Positions 30,487-42,664 of a DNA stretch of 64,000 nt are shown one piece after another. The DNA lies in NCBI GenBank assembly GCA_007125005.1, contig SLDY01000004.1:13368-77367 (forward strand). Reading direction: 5' to 3'. Position 1 is the first letter of the stretch, and each line of letters begins with the position of its first letter. This DNA comes from Natronohydrobacter sp. GTDB taxonomy: Bacteria > Pseudomonadota > Alphaproteobacteria > Rhodobacterales > Rhodobacteraceae. The translations under genes were made by a program, and so were the position numbers. The notes under the pieces are model-generated. The model did no database searches, was not told where the DNA came from, and was given only the letters and a program-made list of their open reading frames with translations.

Positions 30487-31863
30487 CTAGAAATACTCGA
30501 CCGCTACCTGCAGCAACTCATCAACCGTGGGCACATCCGCCGTGAGCGCGAAAATCACCACAAGGTCTCCCTCACGCAAGACCATGTCCCCCTTCGGACG
30601 CAAAAATTCACCCTGACGCGAAACGCCGATCAGCAGCGCGCCCTCAGGAAAGCCAATGTCTCGAACACGGGCATTCGAGAGCTGCGAGGTTGCCAGAACC
30701 TGCGCTTCGATGACTTCGGCCTCGCGATCTCCCAGAAGATAAACAGACCGCACGCGCCCATGCCGCACATGGCGTAGGATCGACGACACCGTAAGCGCTC
30801 GCGGATTGATATGCGCATCAATTCCCATAGCACCTGCCAACGAAACCATGCCAGGATCGTTGATCAACGAGATGGCTTGTCGCGCACCAAGGTCTTTAGC
30901 CCGCACAGCAGCAAGCAGATTCGTGCGATCATCATCTGTCAGCAGCAGCACAGCATCTGTTTTGGCGATCCCCGCCTCAATCAACAGATTGCTGTCCATC
31001 CCGTCCCCATTGAGCACGATCGAGCGCACCAGCGCATCTGCTGCCACCTCGGCACGTGCGCGATCTCTCTCGATCATCTTGACGCGTACACGATCTGGCT
31101 GATGCTCCAGAACTTTAGCCACAGATAGCCCAACATTGCCGCCACCAACGACCAGCACCCTTTCTTGCCGCGAAGGCGTCTTGCCAAAAACCTCGAAAGC
31201 GCGCGCGACATCGCGCGCATCCACAAGGAAATAGACCTGATCGCCTGCGAATAGCTGATCTTCAGGCTCGGGTGCGAATAGACGTGCGCCGCGTCGCAAT
31301 CCGGCAACCATGATCCGCAAGGTCGGGAAAAGCTCCGACAATTGACGTAGTGATGTGTTCAGGACTGCGCATTCCTCGTCAAGCATCAACCCGATCAGAA
31401 GCGCCTTCCCCTGAAAATACTCGTGCACATCGAAAGCCTCTGGATAGGCCACGCGCTTGAGCGCGGCCTGACTGACTTCGCGCTCCGGGCTGATAATCAC
31501 ATCGATCGGCATGTGCTCACGCCGAAAGAGATCCGAGTAGCGCGGGTCCAGATAGGTTTGCTCGCGCAGGCGTGCAATCTTGCGAGTCACGCCAAAGACC
31601 GAGTGCGCGACCTGGCAAGTGACCATATTCACCTCGTCGGAATAGGTCGCAGCAATGACCATATCAGCATCACGCGCGCCTGCCTGTTCCAAGATGTTGG
31701 GGTGGCTGGCAAAGCCCGTGACACCTTGAACATCAAGCGCATCTGTGGCGCGGCGAACCAATTCAGGCTGTCGGTCAACAACAGTAACATCGTTGCGTTC
31801 GGCCGAAAGATGGCGCGCAATCTGCCAGCCGACCTGCCCGGCCCCGCAGACAATAACCTTCAT
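30487..31863 (-). CDS. trkA: Trk system NAD-binding regulatory subunit
   Basis: MKVIVCGAGQVG and a second GGGNVG Rossmann motif, two RCK domains. Confidence 0.96.
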   Translation of the reverse strand: MKVIVCGAGQVGWQIARHLSAERNDVTVVDRQPELVRRATDALDVQGVTGFASHPNILEQAGARDADMVIAATYSDEVNMVTCQVAHSVFGVTRKIARLREQTYLDPRYSDLFRREHMPIDVIISPEREVSQAALKRVAYPEAFDVHEYFQGKALLIGLMLDEECAVLNTSLRQLSELFPTLRIMVAGLRRGARLFAPEPEDQLFAGDQVYFLVDARDVARAFEVFGKTPSRQERVLVVGGGNVGLSVAKVLEHQPDRVRVKMIERDRARAEVAADALVRSIVLNGDGMDSNLLIEAGIAKTDAVLLLTDDDRTNLLAAVRAKDLGARQAISLINDPGMVSLAGAMGIDAHINPRALTVSSILRHVRHGRVRSVYLLGDREAEVIEAQVLATSQLSNARVRDIGFPEGALLIGVSRQGEFLRPKGDMVLREGDLVVIFALTADVPTVDELLQVAVEYF

Positions 31864-31952
31864 GGCGCACTCCGCTCCTTAAGATTGCCGCGCAACACAT
31901 GCCTTTGTGTCAGCGCCCGCGAAGCCTTGCAAGTCCCCTCTGTCCAACTGCC

Positions 31953-33338
31953 TCAGCCTTTGGCTTCCGAGAGCTTGGCGGTATGCACCCCAAGCGATTT
32001 CAGTTTGCGATGGAGTGCAGAGCGTTCCATCCCAACAAATGCCGCCGTGCGCGAGATATTTCCTCCAAAACGATTAATCTGTGAGAGCAGATACTCGCGC
32101 TCAAACAATTCACGCGCCTCGCGCAGAGGTAATGTCGTAAGCGCGCCTGTCAGCACAAGATGTGAATCGCAGTCTTCTGTGTCAGCAGGGGCCTCAATCT
32201 GTAGGTCGCGTATCTCGATAGGAAGGCGCGGGTCTCCGAGGATCATTGCGCGTTCGATCACGTTGCGTAGTTGTCGGATGTTGCCCGGCCAGCGCATGGT
32301 CTGTAGATGCGCCCGCGCTGCATCAGACAGGTCGCGCCGTGCAAGACCTTGTGAACGATGCAAATCGTCAACGAAGAATTCGGCAAGGATCGGGATGTCC
32401 TCTCGACGCTCTTCAAGACCCGGTACGGCAATCGGCACGACACTGAGCCGGTCAAATAATTCCTGCCGGAAACAGCCCTCGCGAACGCGTGCGTTGAGGT
32501 CCTGGCTGGTTGCACTCATCACCCGCAGGTCAACGCGAACCTTGTCCGCGCCGCCCACACGCGTGAATTGTTGTTCGACCAGAACGCGCAGGATTTTTGA
32601 TTGCGTCCCCATCGGCATGTCTGCCACTTCGTCAAGATAGACGACCCCTCCATGCGCTTGCTCCAGAAGTCCGGGCTCGACACCACGCTCGGGGCTTTCG
32701 CGTCCGAAGAGCACTTCTTCCATACGCTCGGGCTCGATCATCGCCGCTGAAACACAAACAAAGGGCCCTGAGGCACGGTCGGAATGTTCATGCACATAGC
32801 GTGCAGCCACTTCCTTGCCACTGCCTGCTGGCCCAATGAACATTATACGCGCATTCGAGACTGTGACCTTCTCAAGCTGCGCGCACATCGCGCGGAACGC
32901 ATGGCTCTCACCACGCATCTGTGCCGTGCTTGTATCGCGCCGCTTAAGCGCCTGGTTCTCGCGCCTGAGCCGCGAGGCTTCCATCGCGCGACTTATCACC
33001 ACCATCAACTTGTCGATATTGAAAGGCTTTTCAATGAAATCATAGGCACCTTGCTTAATTGCCGCGACAGCAATCTCGACATTGCCATGGCCGGAGATAA
33101 TGACAATCGGGATATCCGGATTGGAGCGCTTGACGGTCATCAGGATGTCGATCCCGTCCATCTTGCTGTCCTTTAGCCAGATATCCAGGATCATCAACGC
33201 GGGCGGATCGGAGTTAACCGCAGCCATGGCCTCATCTGAATTTGCGGCGCGGCGGGTCGAATAACCCTCATCCTCGAGAATGTCCGAAATCAGTTCCCGA
33301 ATATCACGTTCATCATCGACAATCAGAATATCACTCAT
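31953..33338 (-). CDS. ntrX: Response regulator NtrX
   Basis: REC (ILDIWL, ISGHGN), AAA+ (GPAGSGKE, YLDEV), Fis-type HTH (ERSALHRKLK). Confidence 0.95.
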   Translation of the reverse strand: MSDILIVDDERDIRELISDILEDEGYSTRRAANSDEAMAAVNSDPPALMILDIWLKDSKMDGIDILMTVKRSNPDIPIVIISGHGNVEIAVAAIKQGAYDFIEKPFNIDKLMVVISRAMEASRLRRENQALKRRDTSTAQMRGESHAFRAMCAQLEKVTVSNARIMFIGPAGSGKEVAARYVHEHSDRASGPFVCVSAAMIEPERMEEVLFGRESPERGVEPGLLEQAHGGVVYLDEVADMPMGTQSKILRVLVEQQFTRVGGADKVRVDLRVMSATSQDLNARVREGCFRQELFDRLSVVPIAVPGLEERREDIPILAEFFVDDLHRSQGLARRDLSDAARAHLQTMRWPGNIRQLRNVIERAMILGDPRLPIEIRDLQIEAPADTEDCDSHLVLTGALTTLPLREARELFEREYLLSQINRFGGNISRTAAFVGMERSALHRKLKSLGVHTAKLSEAKG

Positions 33339-35626
33339 GTATCTTCACTCGCCAATCTTGTCTGTTCAGCGTCAGCTGTACCCTCGGGGTTCAACAATGG
33401 CAGTCGTATCACTGCCATGGCCCCGCGGTGGCTATCGCTCTCAAATTCCGGAGCATCTTCCAACCGCAAACTGCCGCCATGCTCCTCGATTATCTTACGC
33501 ACAATCGACAGGCCAAGCCCGGTGCCCTCGGCGCGCGTGGTCACATATGGCTCGAATAACCGCGCGCGGTCTTCTGGCAAGCCAATGCCATTATCAGCAA
33601 TGCTGATCCGCAAATCTCTATCGCCTGTTTCGAGCAAAACCCGGATTTCCGGATTGAAATCAACAAGCTGTTCGGATTTTTTCCGGGTTTCAATCGCCTC
33701 GCCGGCATTCTTGATCAAATTGGTAAAAGCCTGTGCGATCATCGTGGCGTCTACCTCGCTTACAACAGGCTCCTCTGGCAGACTCAGATCAAACTGAACA
33801 TCCGGCTGGCCGCTTTCCTGCAACAGGACCGAGTCGCGCAATATTTCGCAAAGATCATGAGCGCGCCGATCGGGCTCGGGCATCCGCGCAAAACGCGAGA
33901 ACTCATCAACAATCCGACGCAAATCATTGGTCTGGCGTATAATAACCGAGGTGAGTTCGGCTAGGCGCTGGGCGTCTTCCTGCTCAAGCTTACGCCCGAA
34001 TTTGCGCTGGATACGTTCAGAGGAAAGCTGGATGGGTGTGAGTGGATTCTTGATTTCATGCGCGATACGGCGTGCAACATCACCCCATGCAGCCATGCGC
34101 TGCGCCGAAACAAGCTCTGTCACATCATCGAAGGCAACCACATAACCCTCAAGTCGCCCATCACTGCGCCGCCGTTCCGCCAGTCGCACCAGCAAGGTTT
34201 CCAATCTGCCCGATCGTGTGAGGCGTAACTCTTCCTGAACCCGCCCGAGATGGGCCGCTGTGCTTCGAACACGGTCAAGAAGTGGTCCGAATTCCGGCAC
34301 CACCTCTGCAAGCCCAGTATTGATATGCGCTGAAGCGCCAAGCTCCAGCATGGTTTCTGCGGCTCGATTGATGAATTCGACCTGACCTTCTGCATCGAGG
34401 CCGATTACTCCTGCGGTGACCGAGCTGAGAACCGAATCAAACAGACGCCTGCGCGTCTCGATCTGGCGGTTATTTTGCAATAAGGTCTCGCGCTGACCCT
34501 TCAACTGGTAAGTCATCTGATTGAAGACGCGACCCAAGAGTGCAATCTCATCATCATCGCGCGCAACTGCAACTTGCACATCCAGATCACCACTACCTAC
34601 CTGCTTTGCCGCTTCCGCCAGACGTCCGACAGGCCGTGCAAGCCGTTCGGCAAAATTCAGACCCATCCAGACCGATCCCAAAATCAGAATCAGCGCGAAG
34701 CCCAGATAAAGCGCTCCAAACTGAAACAGCAACCGCCCTCGCTCACGTTCCAGCTGTTGATAAAACGTCACCGTCTCGCGTGTTTCATCAAGCAGGCTGA
34801 GAATGGCACCATCAACCTCACGCGCAACATAGAGGTAGCGATCGAGATAATTTTCCAGGGCCACAAGCGCACGAAACTCGTTATTGGGCCAATCGCGGAT
34901 AACAACAACACCTTCGTTTTCGCGCGCTTCAGCGATGTCCTCGGAGCTTATCGGCGTGAAGTTGAACCTGTAGGACCGCTCGCCGCGTGCGCGAATATCC
35001 CCCTGCCCGTCGATTATGAACGCAACGCGCAGACCGCGCTGGATTTGCGCCTGCGCCTCGGACAGAAGATTGCGCAACTCTCCTTCCTCGATCAGCGGAA
35101 AGACCCGGCGAACTGTCTCCAGATAGGCAGCCAATTCGCGTGTATCCGTACGAAGATCGCGCTCTTGCTCGAACTGATAGGCCTCTGCAGCGGCAAGTGA
35201 ATTACCAACAACACGCTGCACACGGTCAGAAAACCAGCCCTCAAGCCCAACATTCAATGTGAGTGCAGCAAATACGGCGACTGTAACGGTTGGAACCAGA
35301 GCAATCGTTGCGAATAAAGCGGATAGCCGCAAATGCAGCCGCGACCCGGCCGAGTCCGATCGACGCTCCGCCAAGAGGCGTACCACGCGCGTGGCGACAA
35401 GTGCTGCGATCAAGAGAATGTAAACCAGATCCGCCAGCAGGATGAGACGCAATGCGCGCGAATCAAAAAACTGTTCCCTGGGGCCGAGCGCGAGCAAGGT
35501 AAGCAAAACCAGAATCGGACCTAGCAATACGAGCGAAATCGTCAGGCGGTTTGACATACGCCTCTCCACCCAGTCACGCCAAAGCGACTGTAACAGCGAT
35601 GATCTGGCTCCCAAGAAAACCGACAC
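33335..35626 (-). CDS. ntrY: Sensor histidine kinase NtrY
   Basis: TM segments, [34 protein letters not shown]. Confidence 0.95.
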   Translation of the reverse strand: MSVFLGARSSLLQSLWRDWVERRMSNRLTISLVLLGPILVLLTLLALGPREQFFDSRALRLILLADLVYILLIAALVATRVVRLLAERRSDSAGSRLHLRLSALFATIALVPTVTVAVFAALTLNVGLEGWFSDRVQRVVGNSLAAAEAYQFEQERDLRTDTRELAAYLETVRRVFPLIEEGELRNLLSEAQAQIQRGLRVAFIIDGQGDIRARGERSYRFNFTPISSEDIAEARENEGVVVIRDWPNNEFRALVALENYLDRYLYVAREVDGAILSLLDETRETVTFYQQLERERGRLLFQFGALYLGFALILILGSVWMGLNFAERLARPVGRLAEAAKQVGSGDLDVQVAVARDDDEIALLGRVFNQMTYQLKGQRETLLQNNRQIETRRRLFDSVLSSVTAGVIGLDAEGQVEFINRAAETMLELGASAHINTGLAEVVPEFGPLLDRVRSTAAHLGRVQEELRLTRSGRLETLLVRLAERRRSDGRLEGYVVAFDDVTELVSAQRMAAWGDVARRIAHEIKNPLTPIQLSSERIQRKFGRKLEQEDAQRLAELTSVIIRQTNDLRRIVDEFSRFARMPEPDRRAHDLCEILRDSVLLQESGQPDVQFDLSLPEEPVVSEVDATMIAQAFTNLIKNAGEAIETRKKSEQLVDFNPEIRVLLETGDRDLRISIADNGIGLPEDRARLFEPYVTTRAEGTGLGLSIVRKIIEEHGGSLRLEDAPEFESDSHRGAMAVIRLPLLNPEGTADAEQTRLASEDT

Positions 35627-35732
35627 GGTTTTTTATCTGCCCTTTCAGGCCTCCTGATACAATGCTGCGACACTGCCACATCACCTGTTGCAGATCTACA
35701 TCAAATAAAGTGACGATAGCCGCAGCAAGCCT

Positions 35733-37124
35733 TCAGGCAAGTTTGCGTCGTCGGGATACCTGAATATCGAGTTCAGTGATTTTCTTGCGCAATGTGTTGC
35801 GATTAATCCCCAGAAGATCGGCGCAGCGCGCCTGATTGCCTCCAGTTGCGTCAAGTGCGATCTCGATCAGCGGGATCTCCAATTCACGTAAGATACGCCC
35901 ATAAAGCCCGGGTGGGGGGAGCTCCTGCCCATGCAGATCGAAATACCGCCGCAAATGCCGCGCCACGGATTCAGAAAGGCTCTCGTCGGTAAAGCGCTCA
36001 CCAACCGTCACGGCACTCGGCTGGCTTTGCAACGCTGTTTCCATCTCGCTGCGCGAGATTACGGGGTCGGTGCTCGTGACGCTTAACCTGCGCAATGTGT
36101 TCTGTAATTGCCGTACATTTCCCGGCCATGAATATACCCGCACCAGTTCCATTGCTTCGGGCGAAAGCTGTCGCATGGTCGCGCCATCGTCGGCGGCTTG
36201 CGTCAGGAAATGCTCGGCCAAGGGCTCCAGATCGTCAATGCGTTCGCGCAGCGGTGGCACATTCAGCACCACACCGCCCAGCCGGTAATACAAGTCTTCG
36301 CGCAATCCACCCTCGGCCAATGCCCGTGTCAGATTACCTTGTGCAGTCGCCATGACCCGCGGCCCCTGCTCAGGCAGTACATCGAGCAGACGCGCAGCGC
36401 GCAATTGGGCTTCCTTGCCATAGCCGGTGAGTTCATCAAACAGAAGCGTCCCACCCCGCACCCGCGACATAAGCCCTTGCGCTCCATCAAAGGATTGCAG
36501 ATCCTCTGATGTCGCGATCAGAAAGGGTTGCGTGCGTCGGTCAGAGAGGTCATGCAGCGTACGCGCAATCAGTGACTTGCCGGTCCCGGATTCGCCAAGG
36601 ATGAGCACCGGCATGTCGGAATTGATGACGCGCGCAATGAGCCGATAGAGTTCCTGCATGACGGGGGTGCGCCCCACCAGCGGCATCGCCTCCATGCTCA
36701 GCATGTCACCGCGCGGGGCAGGCGTTGGCTTTGCAGGCGCATTGCTCGCCGCGATCAGTCGGCGGTTTTTCATCGCTGCACCAGCACGCTTTAACAGATC
36801 GGGCAAGTCGAACGGTTTGGGCAGATAATCATGTGCATCGACTTCATTGGCCTGAATCGCGGTCATGATGGTGTTTTGTGCCGAAATCACGATTACAGGC
36901 AGGTCCGGACGCTCCTGACTGATTTTGGGGATCATCTCGATCCCATTGCCATCCGGCATCATGACATCGGTGATGACAAGATCACCGCGCCCCTCTTCGA
37001 CCCATCGCATGAGCGTTGTCAGGCTCGAGGTCGCGTGCACCTTGCAGCCTGCACGGGTCAACGCTTGTGTCAGGACAGTGCGGATCGTGCGATCATCATC
37101 TGCTACCAGAACTGTGCCGTCCAT
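35733..37124 (-). CDS. ntrC: Nitrogen response regulator NtrC, lacking the GAFTGA loop
   Basis: REC (TDVMMPD), [34 protein letters not shown]. Confidence 0.93.
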   Translation of the reverse strand: MDGTVLVADDDRTIRTVLTQALTRAGCKVHATSSLTTLMRWVEEGRGDLVITDVMMPDGNGIEMIPKISQERPDLPVIVISAQNTIMTAIQANEVDAHDYLPKPFDLPDLLKRAGAAMKNRRLIAASNAPAKPTPAPRGDMLSMEAMPLVGRTPVMQELYRLIARVINSDMPVLILGESGTGKSLIARTLHDLSDRRTQPFLIATSEDLQSFDGAQGLMSRVRGGTLLFDELTGYGKEAQLRAARLLDVLPEQGPRVMATAQGNLTRALAEGGLREDLYYRLGGVVLNVPPLRERIDDLEPLAEHFLTQAADDGATMRQLSPEAMELVRVYSWPGNVRQLQNTLRRLSVTSTDPVISRSEMETALQSQPSAVTVGERFTDESLSESVARHLRRYFDLHGQELPPPGLYGRILRELEIPLIEIALDATGGNQARCADLLGINRNTLRKKITELDIQVSRRRKLA

Positions 37125-38218
37125 CAGCGAGCCTCCTTGCTGTCTTTTCTATCGGGTGCGCGTTGCAGCGAGATGCGGAAAACCGTGCGTCCTGGTCGGC
37201 TCTCGACTGTGATCCAGCCGTCATGCGCCGCTATGATTTTCGAGACCAATGCCAGCCCCAGCCCGGTTCCATTCTCGCGCCCAGAAACAAACGGATCGAA
37301 AACCTCATCGGCAATCTCAGGCGGCAAGCCCGGGCCGTCATCGACAATCTCGACATGGATCGGCAGGGCTACATCCTCACCGCTTGCGTTGCGTAGTCTC
37401 AAGGATTGCTCGAAAAAGGTTCGGATCGTTATCCGCCCCCCCATCAATTGGGCCTGTGCGGCATTTTTCAGCAGATTGAGAAAGACCTGCAAAAGCTGGT
37501 CGGCATCCGCCCAGACCAGTGGCAGAGAAGGGTCATAGGCATCGCGGATTTGCATATGCGCAGCAAAGCCGATCTCCGCAGACCTGCGAGCACGTTCCAA
37601 AACATCGTGAATATTGACAGGCGCGCAATCGGGCGGGCGCTGATTCCCGAATTGCTCAACCTGATCGAGCAATTTGACGATGCGCTGGGTCTCGGCGACA
37701 ATCAGGTCCGTGAGGTCACGATCTTCACCCGAAAGTCCCATCGAGAGCAGTTGCGCAGCACCCGTTATGCCAGCAAGCGGGTTCTTGATCTCATGCGCCA
37801 GCATCTGCGCCATCCCGATGGCCGATCGCGCAGCATGACGAATCCCGTCAACCTTGCCAAGCTTGCCAGCAATCTCCCTCGGTGTGATCAACATCAGCAC
37901 CAGATCACGGCGGTCGCCCAGAATCGCTAGCTGAATCGCGCATTGAACGGTTGCGCGCTCACCAATGATGACCGGGACATCATTGATAAAGACAGGTGCC
38001 CGGTTTTCGCGGCAACGCTCCAATGCGGCTTCGATTGGGGCATCGACATGAATGAGTTGGCCGAAAGCGCGCCCCAGAACCGAGCGGCGCGACAGACTCA
38101 GAAACTGCTCTGCGGCTGGGTTGCAATCGGAAACGGTCTCAACTCCGTTGAGCTGCCCGATCATAAGCGCGGGCACCGGAAGCGCAGCCCAGATATGACC
38201 TGTGGCAGGGATGTTCAT
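37124..38218 (-). CDS. ntrB: Nitrogen sensor kinase NtrB
   Basis: [34 protein letters not shown]; TGATG coupling to ntrC. Confidence 0.94.
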   Translation of the reverse strand: MNIPATGHIWAALPVPALMIGQLNGVETVSDCNPAAEQFLSLSRRSVLGRAFGQLIHVDAPIEAALERCRENRAPVFINDVPVIIGERATVQCAIQLAILGDRRDLVLMLITPREIAGKLGKVDGIRHAARSAIGMAQMLAHEIKNPLAGITGAAQLLSMGLSGEDRDLTDLIVAETQRIVKLLDQVEQFGNQRPPDCAPVNIHDVLERARRSAEIGFAAHMQIRDAYDPSLPLVWADADQLLQVFLNLLKNAAQAQLMGGRITIRTFFEQSLRLRNASGEDVALPIHVEIVDDGPGLPPEIADEVFDPFVSGRENGTGLGLALVSKIIAAHDGWITVESRPGRTVFRISLQRAPDRKDSKEAR

Positions 38219-39222
38219 GCAACCTGCTCCGGTCTGGGGGCTGGAGTGAGCGCTTCGGGCAATAGCCGCAAGACCTCGGCGGCCTCAGTAGCCGTGACAA
38301 GCTCGTGGCGCAGTCTGGAAGCACCACCTGCTTCCTCGACATAGGCTGCGAGATGCTTGCGCATGGTCTTCATGCCAAGCGCTGCTCCATAGAAGGAGAG
38401 CGCGGCTTCGTAATGCGCGCCAACGATATCTGCAAGCACAGCCCCTGTCGGCGCGACTGGCACAGGGCGCCCCGCAAGTGCCGCTGCAATCTGCGCAAGC
38501 CGCCAGGGCCTGCCCTGCGCCCCACGCCCAATCATCACACCGGCAGCCTTCGAAAGCTCCAGTGCGATACGCGCGTCTTCCGCCGTACAGATATCACCAT
38601 TGGCAATAACCGGGACAGGACAGGCTGCAACGACGTTCCGGATTGCCGCCCAATCGGCACTGCCTTTGTAAAACTGACACCGCGTGCGTCCGTGGATCGT
38701 AATCATAGAAACACCCGCATCAGAAGCACTCCGAGCAATCGCAGGCGCATTAAGACAGCTGTCATCCCAGCCGAGCCGTGTCTTGAGCGTCACGGGCACA
38801 GAGACAGCATTCACCACGGCGTCAATCATCCGCAACGCATGGTCAGGCTCAAGCATCAAGGCTGAACCTGACATGCCGCCAACGAACTTCTTCGCCGGAC
38901 AGCCCATATTGATATCAATGAGCTCGGCACCGTTATCTTCTACCATACGCGCGGCTTGCCCCATCCAGTAAGGGTCGCGCCCGGCAAGCTGAACCGCAGT
39001 ACGCGCTTCGCCAAACCCGAGCTCCGCTCTGGCCCGCGCGCGCGCCGAAGGCTTGGCCTGCACCATCTCCTGCGATGCCACCATCTCCGAGACAACAAGC
39101 CCCGCGCCGAAACCAGCCACAACGCGGCGGAAAGGCAAGTCAGTGATCCCGGCCAGAGGCGCCAAGAGGACCGGCATGTCTATTCCAAGATCAGTCAGGT
39201 GAGGATTGACTTGCGCCTGCAC
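38215..39222 (-). CDS. dusB: tRNA-dihydrouridine synthase B (NifR3)
   Basis: [38 protein letters not shown]; first gene of the nifR3-ntrBC operon. Confidence 0.95.
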   Translation of the reverse strand: MQAQVNPHLTDLGIDMPVLLAPLAGITDLPFRRVVAGFGAGLVVSEMVASQEMVQAKPSARARARAELGFGEARTAVQLAGRDPYWMGQAARMVEDNGAELIDINMGCPAKKFVGGMSGSALMLEPDHALRMIDAVVNAVSVPVTLKTRLGWDDSCLNAPAIARSASDAGVSMITIHGRTRCQFYKGSADWAAIRNVVAACPVPVIANGDICTAEDARIALELSKAAGVMIGRGAQGRPWRLAQIAAALAGRPVPVAPTGAVLADIVGAHYEAALSFYGAALGMKTMRKHLAAYVEEAGGASRLRHELVTATEAAEVLRLLPEALTPAPRPEQVA

Positions 39223-39421
39223 TTTTCGCGCCGCCTTGTGATTGTTCTTTCTGCCTCTTCCCTAGCCTCACGGTATGCGTGAAGCAAATGCGTTGAACGC
39301 AAGCGTGACGACAATTTCATCATGTGATTAAATTTTGTGCATTCACTGATGCTCAACGCGCGCATTGTCAGCACCCCCTGCTTCAGCCTATAGCAAGAGC
39401 GCTGGAAAAACGGGAACAGGC

Positions 39422-40588
39422 ATGCAGCAGGATGTCGCGGCGATCATAGTGGCCGCAGGACGCGGAATGCGCGCGGGGGCGGGACTTCCCAAGCAATGGC
39501 GCGAAATCGCAGGCGCACCTGTGGTTGCGCATACGCTCAGGGTGTTTCATGGTGCCGGGATCAAGCGCTTGGTGCTCGTCATCCACCCTGATGATCGCGC
39601 TTTGGCCCGCCAAGTCACCAGAAACGAGGTGACGATCGTTGACGGCGGCGAAACACGGACCGACTCTGTGCGCAAGGCACTTGAGACACTGGCAGAAAAC
39701 CCTCCGAAGAACGTGCTGATCCATGACGCTGCGCGCCCTTTGGTGAGTTCCCGCCTTATCGCAGATGTTCTAGCAGCGCTCGAGACCACGCCCGCTGCAG
39801 CGCCAGCACTGGCTGTCGTGGATGCCTTGTGGCAAGGACGCGATAAGCATGTCGCGCACTCAGTGTCGCGTGCAGGACTTTTCCGCGCTCAAACGCCGCA
39901 AGGATTTGATTTTGCCGCCATTCTCAAGGCACATCGTGTTTATCAAGGCGAAGCTGCAGATGATGTTGAGATCGCTCGCGCCTTGGGGCTTGAGGTTGCT
40001 ATAACCGAAGGCTGCGAAGACAATCTGAAGCTCACCTATCCGGCCGATTTCAAACGCGCGGCAAAGATCCTTGCAGAGAGGCAGTCAGGTACGATGGATA
40101 TACGTATTGGCAACGGCTATGATGTTCACCGTTTTGGCCCCGGCGAGGGGTGCTGGCTGTGCGGTGTTCTTGTGCCGCATGAGCGCGCGCTCATGGGCCA
40201 TTCCGACGCTGATGTGGGCATGCACGCGCTGACCGACGCAATCTATGGCGCCTTGGCAGAAGGCGATATCGGGCGGCATTTCCCGCCTTCGGATCCGCAA
40301 TGGAAGGGTGCGGCGAGCCATATCTTCTTGCGACATGCCTGTGAACTGGCCCGTGCGCGCGGCTTTCATGTGGCGAATTGTGATGTGACACTCGTCTGCG
40401 AGCGCCCGAAGATCGGCCCGCATGCCGCCGCGATGCAAGCTGCTTTGGCAGACATCATGGGCTGCCCACCTGAGCGCATCAGTGTGAAGGCCACCACCTC
40501 GGAGAGACTGGGCTTCACCGGCCGCGAAGAAGGCATCGCGGCACTCGCCACTGCCTGTCTGATCGCAAATGGAAAGGAGACCTCATGA
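39422..40588 (+). CDS. ispDF: Bifunctional IspD/IspF
   Basis: [28 protein letters not shown]; [30 protein letters not shown]. Confidence 0.96.
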   Translation: MQQDVAAIIVAAGRGMRAGAGLPKQWREIAGAPVVAHTLRVFHGAGIKRLVLVIHPDDRALARQVTRNEVTIVDGGETRTDSVRKALETLAENPPKNVLIHDAARPLVSSRLIADVLAALETTPAAAPALAVVDALWQGRDKHVAHSVSRAGLFRAQTPQGFDFAAILKAHRVYQGEAADDVEIARALGLEVAITEGCEDNLKLTYPADFKRAAKILAERQSGTMDIRIGNGYDVHRFGPGEGCWLCGVLVPHERALMGHSDADVGMHALTDAIYGALAEGDIGRHFPPSDPQWKGAASHIFLRHACELARARGFHVANCDVTLVCERPKIGPHAAAMQAALADIMGCPPERISVKATTSERLGFTGREEGIAALATACLIANGKETS

Positions 40589-41082
40589 GACCCACGCGGC
40601 TGATCACGACGTTCTTGGGCGCAGGGCTCTTGCGCCCTGCCCCCGGCACATGGGGCTCGCTCGCGGCCCTTCCCGCGGCATGGTTGCTGCACCAGCTTGG
40701 CGGCTTCTGGGCGCTCGCGCTTGGCACGGCGCTGGTTTTTCTGATCGGCTGGTGGGCAACAATTCAGGAAACGCGTGGACTTGAAGACCCCGACCTTTCG
40801 GAAATCGTGATTGACGAGGTCGCGGGCCAGTGGCTTGCGCTCTGGCCTGTCTCGCTGGGAGCCGTGATGATGGGGGTTCCGGTTTTGGCACTCTGGCCCG
40901 GCTGGTTGGTGGCCTTTCTGGCCTTTCGTGCATTCGACATCTGGAAACCCGGCCCGGTGGGCATGGCCGACCGGATGCACACACCGCTGGGGGTAATGCT
41001 GGATGACATCATCGCGGGCGGGCTGGCAGCCATGGTCGTTGCGCTTGCCGCACTGGTCGCGCATGGCATGATGGGCATATGA
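40585..41082 (+). CDS. pgpA: Phosphatidylglycerophosphatase A
   Basis: [37 protein letters not shown]. Confidence 0.93.
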   Translation: MRPTRLITTFLGAGLLRPAPGTWGSLAALPAAWLLHQLGGFWALALGTALVFLIGWWATIQETRGLEDPDLSEIVIDEVAGQWLALWPVSLGAVMMGVPVLALWPGWLVAFLAFRAFDIWKPGPVGMADRMHTPLGVMLDDIIAGGLAAMVVALAALVAHGMMGI

Positions 41083-41546
41083 CGGCGGGCGAAATACTTG
41101 AGGCCGCACGCGCGGCAGGCGTTCGGCTCTCTGCGGCAGAAAGCTGTACTGGCGGGATGATCATGGCCGCTCTGACGGATATACCGGGATCCTCGGACGT
41201 GGTGGATCGTGGCTTTGTCACCTATTCCAACGACGCGAAAATCGAGATGCTCGGCGTGTATTCCGACACGCTGGAACGTTATGGTGCCGTTTCGGAACAG
41301 GTTGCCGCAGAAATGGCAACCGGAGCCCTTTCACGTTCCAAGGCCGGGATAGCGATTGCCGTCACTGGTATCGCAGGCCCCGGTGGATCGGAGTTCAAGC
41401 CCGAGGGTCGGGTTTGTTTCGGGCTTGCAACGCCACTCGGCACACAGACCGAAACCATTGAGTTCGGCGCTATCGGAAGAGCAGAAGTGCGCGCGGCGAC
41501 GGTTGCGCATGCGCTGCACCTGATCGCGCAGGTACTTCAGCCATAA
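41079..41546 (+). CDS. CinA C-terminal / NMN deamidase (PncC-like)
   Basis: AAESCTGG, GFVTYSNDAK, GAVSEQVA, TGIAGPGG. Confidence 0.93.
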   Translation: MTAGEILEAARAAGVRLSAAESCTGGMIMAALTDIPGSSDVVDRGFVTYSNDAKIEMLGVYSDTLERYGAVSEQVAAEMATGALSRSKAGIAIAVTGIAGPGGSEFKPEGRVCFGLATPLGTQTETIEFGAIGRAEVRAATVAHALHLIAQVLQP

Positions 41547-41983
41547 AGCTGTTTCGCGCGCGCCTCGAAAGCGCCCACGACGCGGCGCATCGCCTGATCG
41601 AAAACAACGCCAATGAGTTTTTGAAGCACCGGGTTACGGAACTCGAAATCAACCGAGAAATCAACTATGCAGCCGCCATCTTCGGCTGCATCCACCTGCC
41701 AGTGCGAGATCATGTATTTGAACGGCCCGTCCAGATAAGCCGTGTCAATGCGCCCTGCCTCTGGATACAGCTGCACCCGACTTCCGAAGCGTTCACGAAA
41801 TACCTTGAAGGAAATCACCAGATCCGCCTCGATCTCCTCACCGCCTGCTATCGGTATGCGCGAGCGGATGCGCGATGCCGCTGTCCAAGGTAAAAACTCG
41901 GGGTAACGCGCGACATCAGCGACCAGATCGAAGATCTGTTCCGCGCTGTAAGGCATGTGCCGGTATTCGTGATGGCTGGGCAT
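41537..41983 (-). CDS. RatA/Coq10 START-domain protein
   Basis: [33 protein letters not shown]. Confidence 0.92.
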   Translation of the reverse strand: MPSHHEYRHMPYSAEQIFDLVADVARYPEFLPWTAASRIRSRIPIAGGEEIEADLVISFKVFRERFGSRVQLYPEAGRIDTAYLDGPFKYMISHWQVDAAEDGGCIVDFSVDFEFRNPVLQKLIGVVFDQAMRRVVGAFEARAKQLYG

Positions 41984-42046
41984 GGTCCGCTCTTTCCTGT
42001 CGCGCGCACATGTCCTAAAGTCACGACGGAAAATCAAGAGGCTGTT

Positions 42047-42583
42047 ATGACGCACAAACCTTATGTCATCGATCAGATGATCAGCGCCAAGCAGATTGCT
42101 GCGCGTGTTGAGGAGCTCGCCGAAGAGATCTCACGCGCCTTCGCTGGCACGGAAAAACTGGTTGTCGTAGGGCTCTTGCGTGGCTCTTTCGTCTTCATTG
42201 CCGATCTCGTGCGCGAGATCGATCTGCCTGTTGAAGTCGATTTTCTCGAGGCCTCGAGCTATGGTAATTCCACGCAATCCTCACGCGAGGTACGTATTCT
42301 CAAGGACCTTTCGGGAAAGATCGAAGGGCGCGATGTTTTGGTTGTCGAAGATATTGTCGACACGGGTTTCACACTAAACCATGTTTTGCAGATGCTGCTT
42401 GCGCGCAACCCGGCCCGACTGGAAGTCTGCGCGCTTCTTGACAAACCTTCGCGGCGCGAGGTCGATATCAAGGCAAGCTGGACAGGATTTGAAATACCCG
42501 ATGAGTTTGTTGTCGGCTATGGCATTGATTACGCTCAGAGAAACAGGAATCTGCCTTATATTGGCAAGGTTCGCTTCACCTGA
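42047..42583 (+). CDS. hpt: Hypoxanthine phosphoribosyltransferase
   Basis: [35 protein letters not shown]. Confidence 0.96.
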   Translation: MTHKPYVIDQMISAKQIAARVEELAEEISRAFAGTEKLVVVGLLRGSFVFIADLVREIDLPVEVDFLEASSYGNSTQSSREVRILKDLSGKIEGRDVLVVEDIVDTGFTLNHVLQMLLARNPARLEVCALLDKPSRREVDIKASWTGFEIPDEFVVGYGIDYAQRNRNLPYIGKVRFT

Positions 42584-42664
42584 AGCGCGAAATAACGCGC
42601 CCGTGAGTTTTTCCTGTCGCGAAATCGCGCTATCTTTTGCATCCCAATATCAGGAGAAACAAAC

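Noticed and set aside
39280-39350. NtrC boxes upstream of dusB-ntrBC
   Set aside because: Only a right half-site (TTGTGCA, ~39335-39341) matches; the left half is too degenerate to call.
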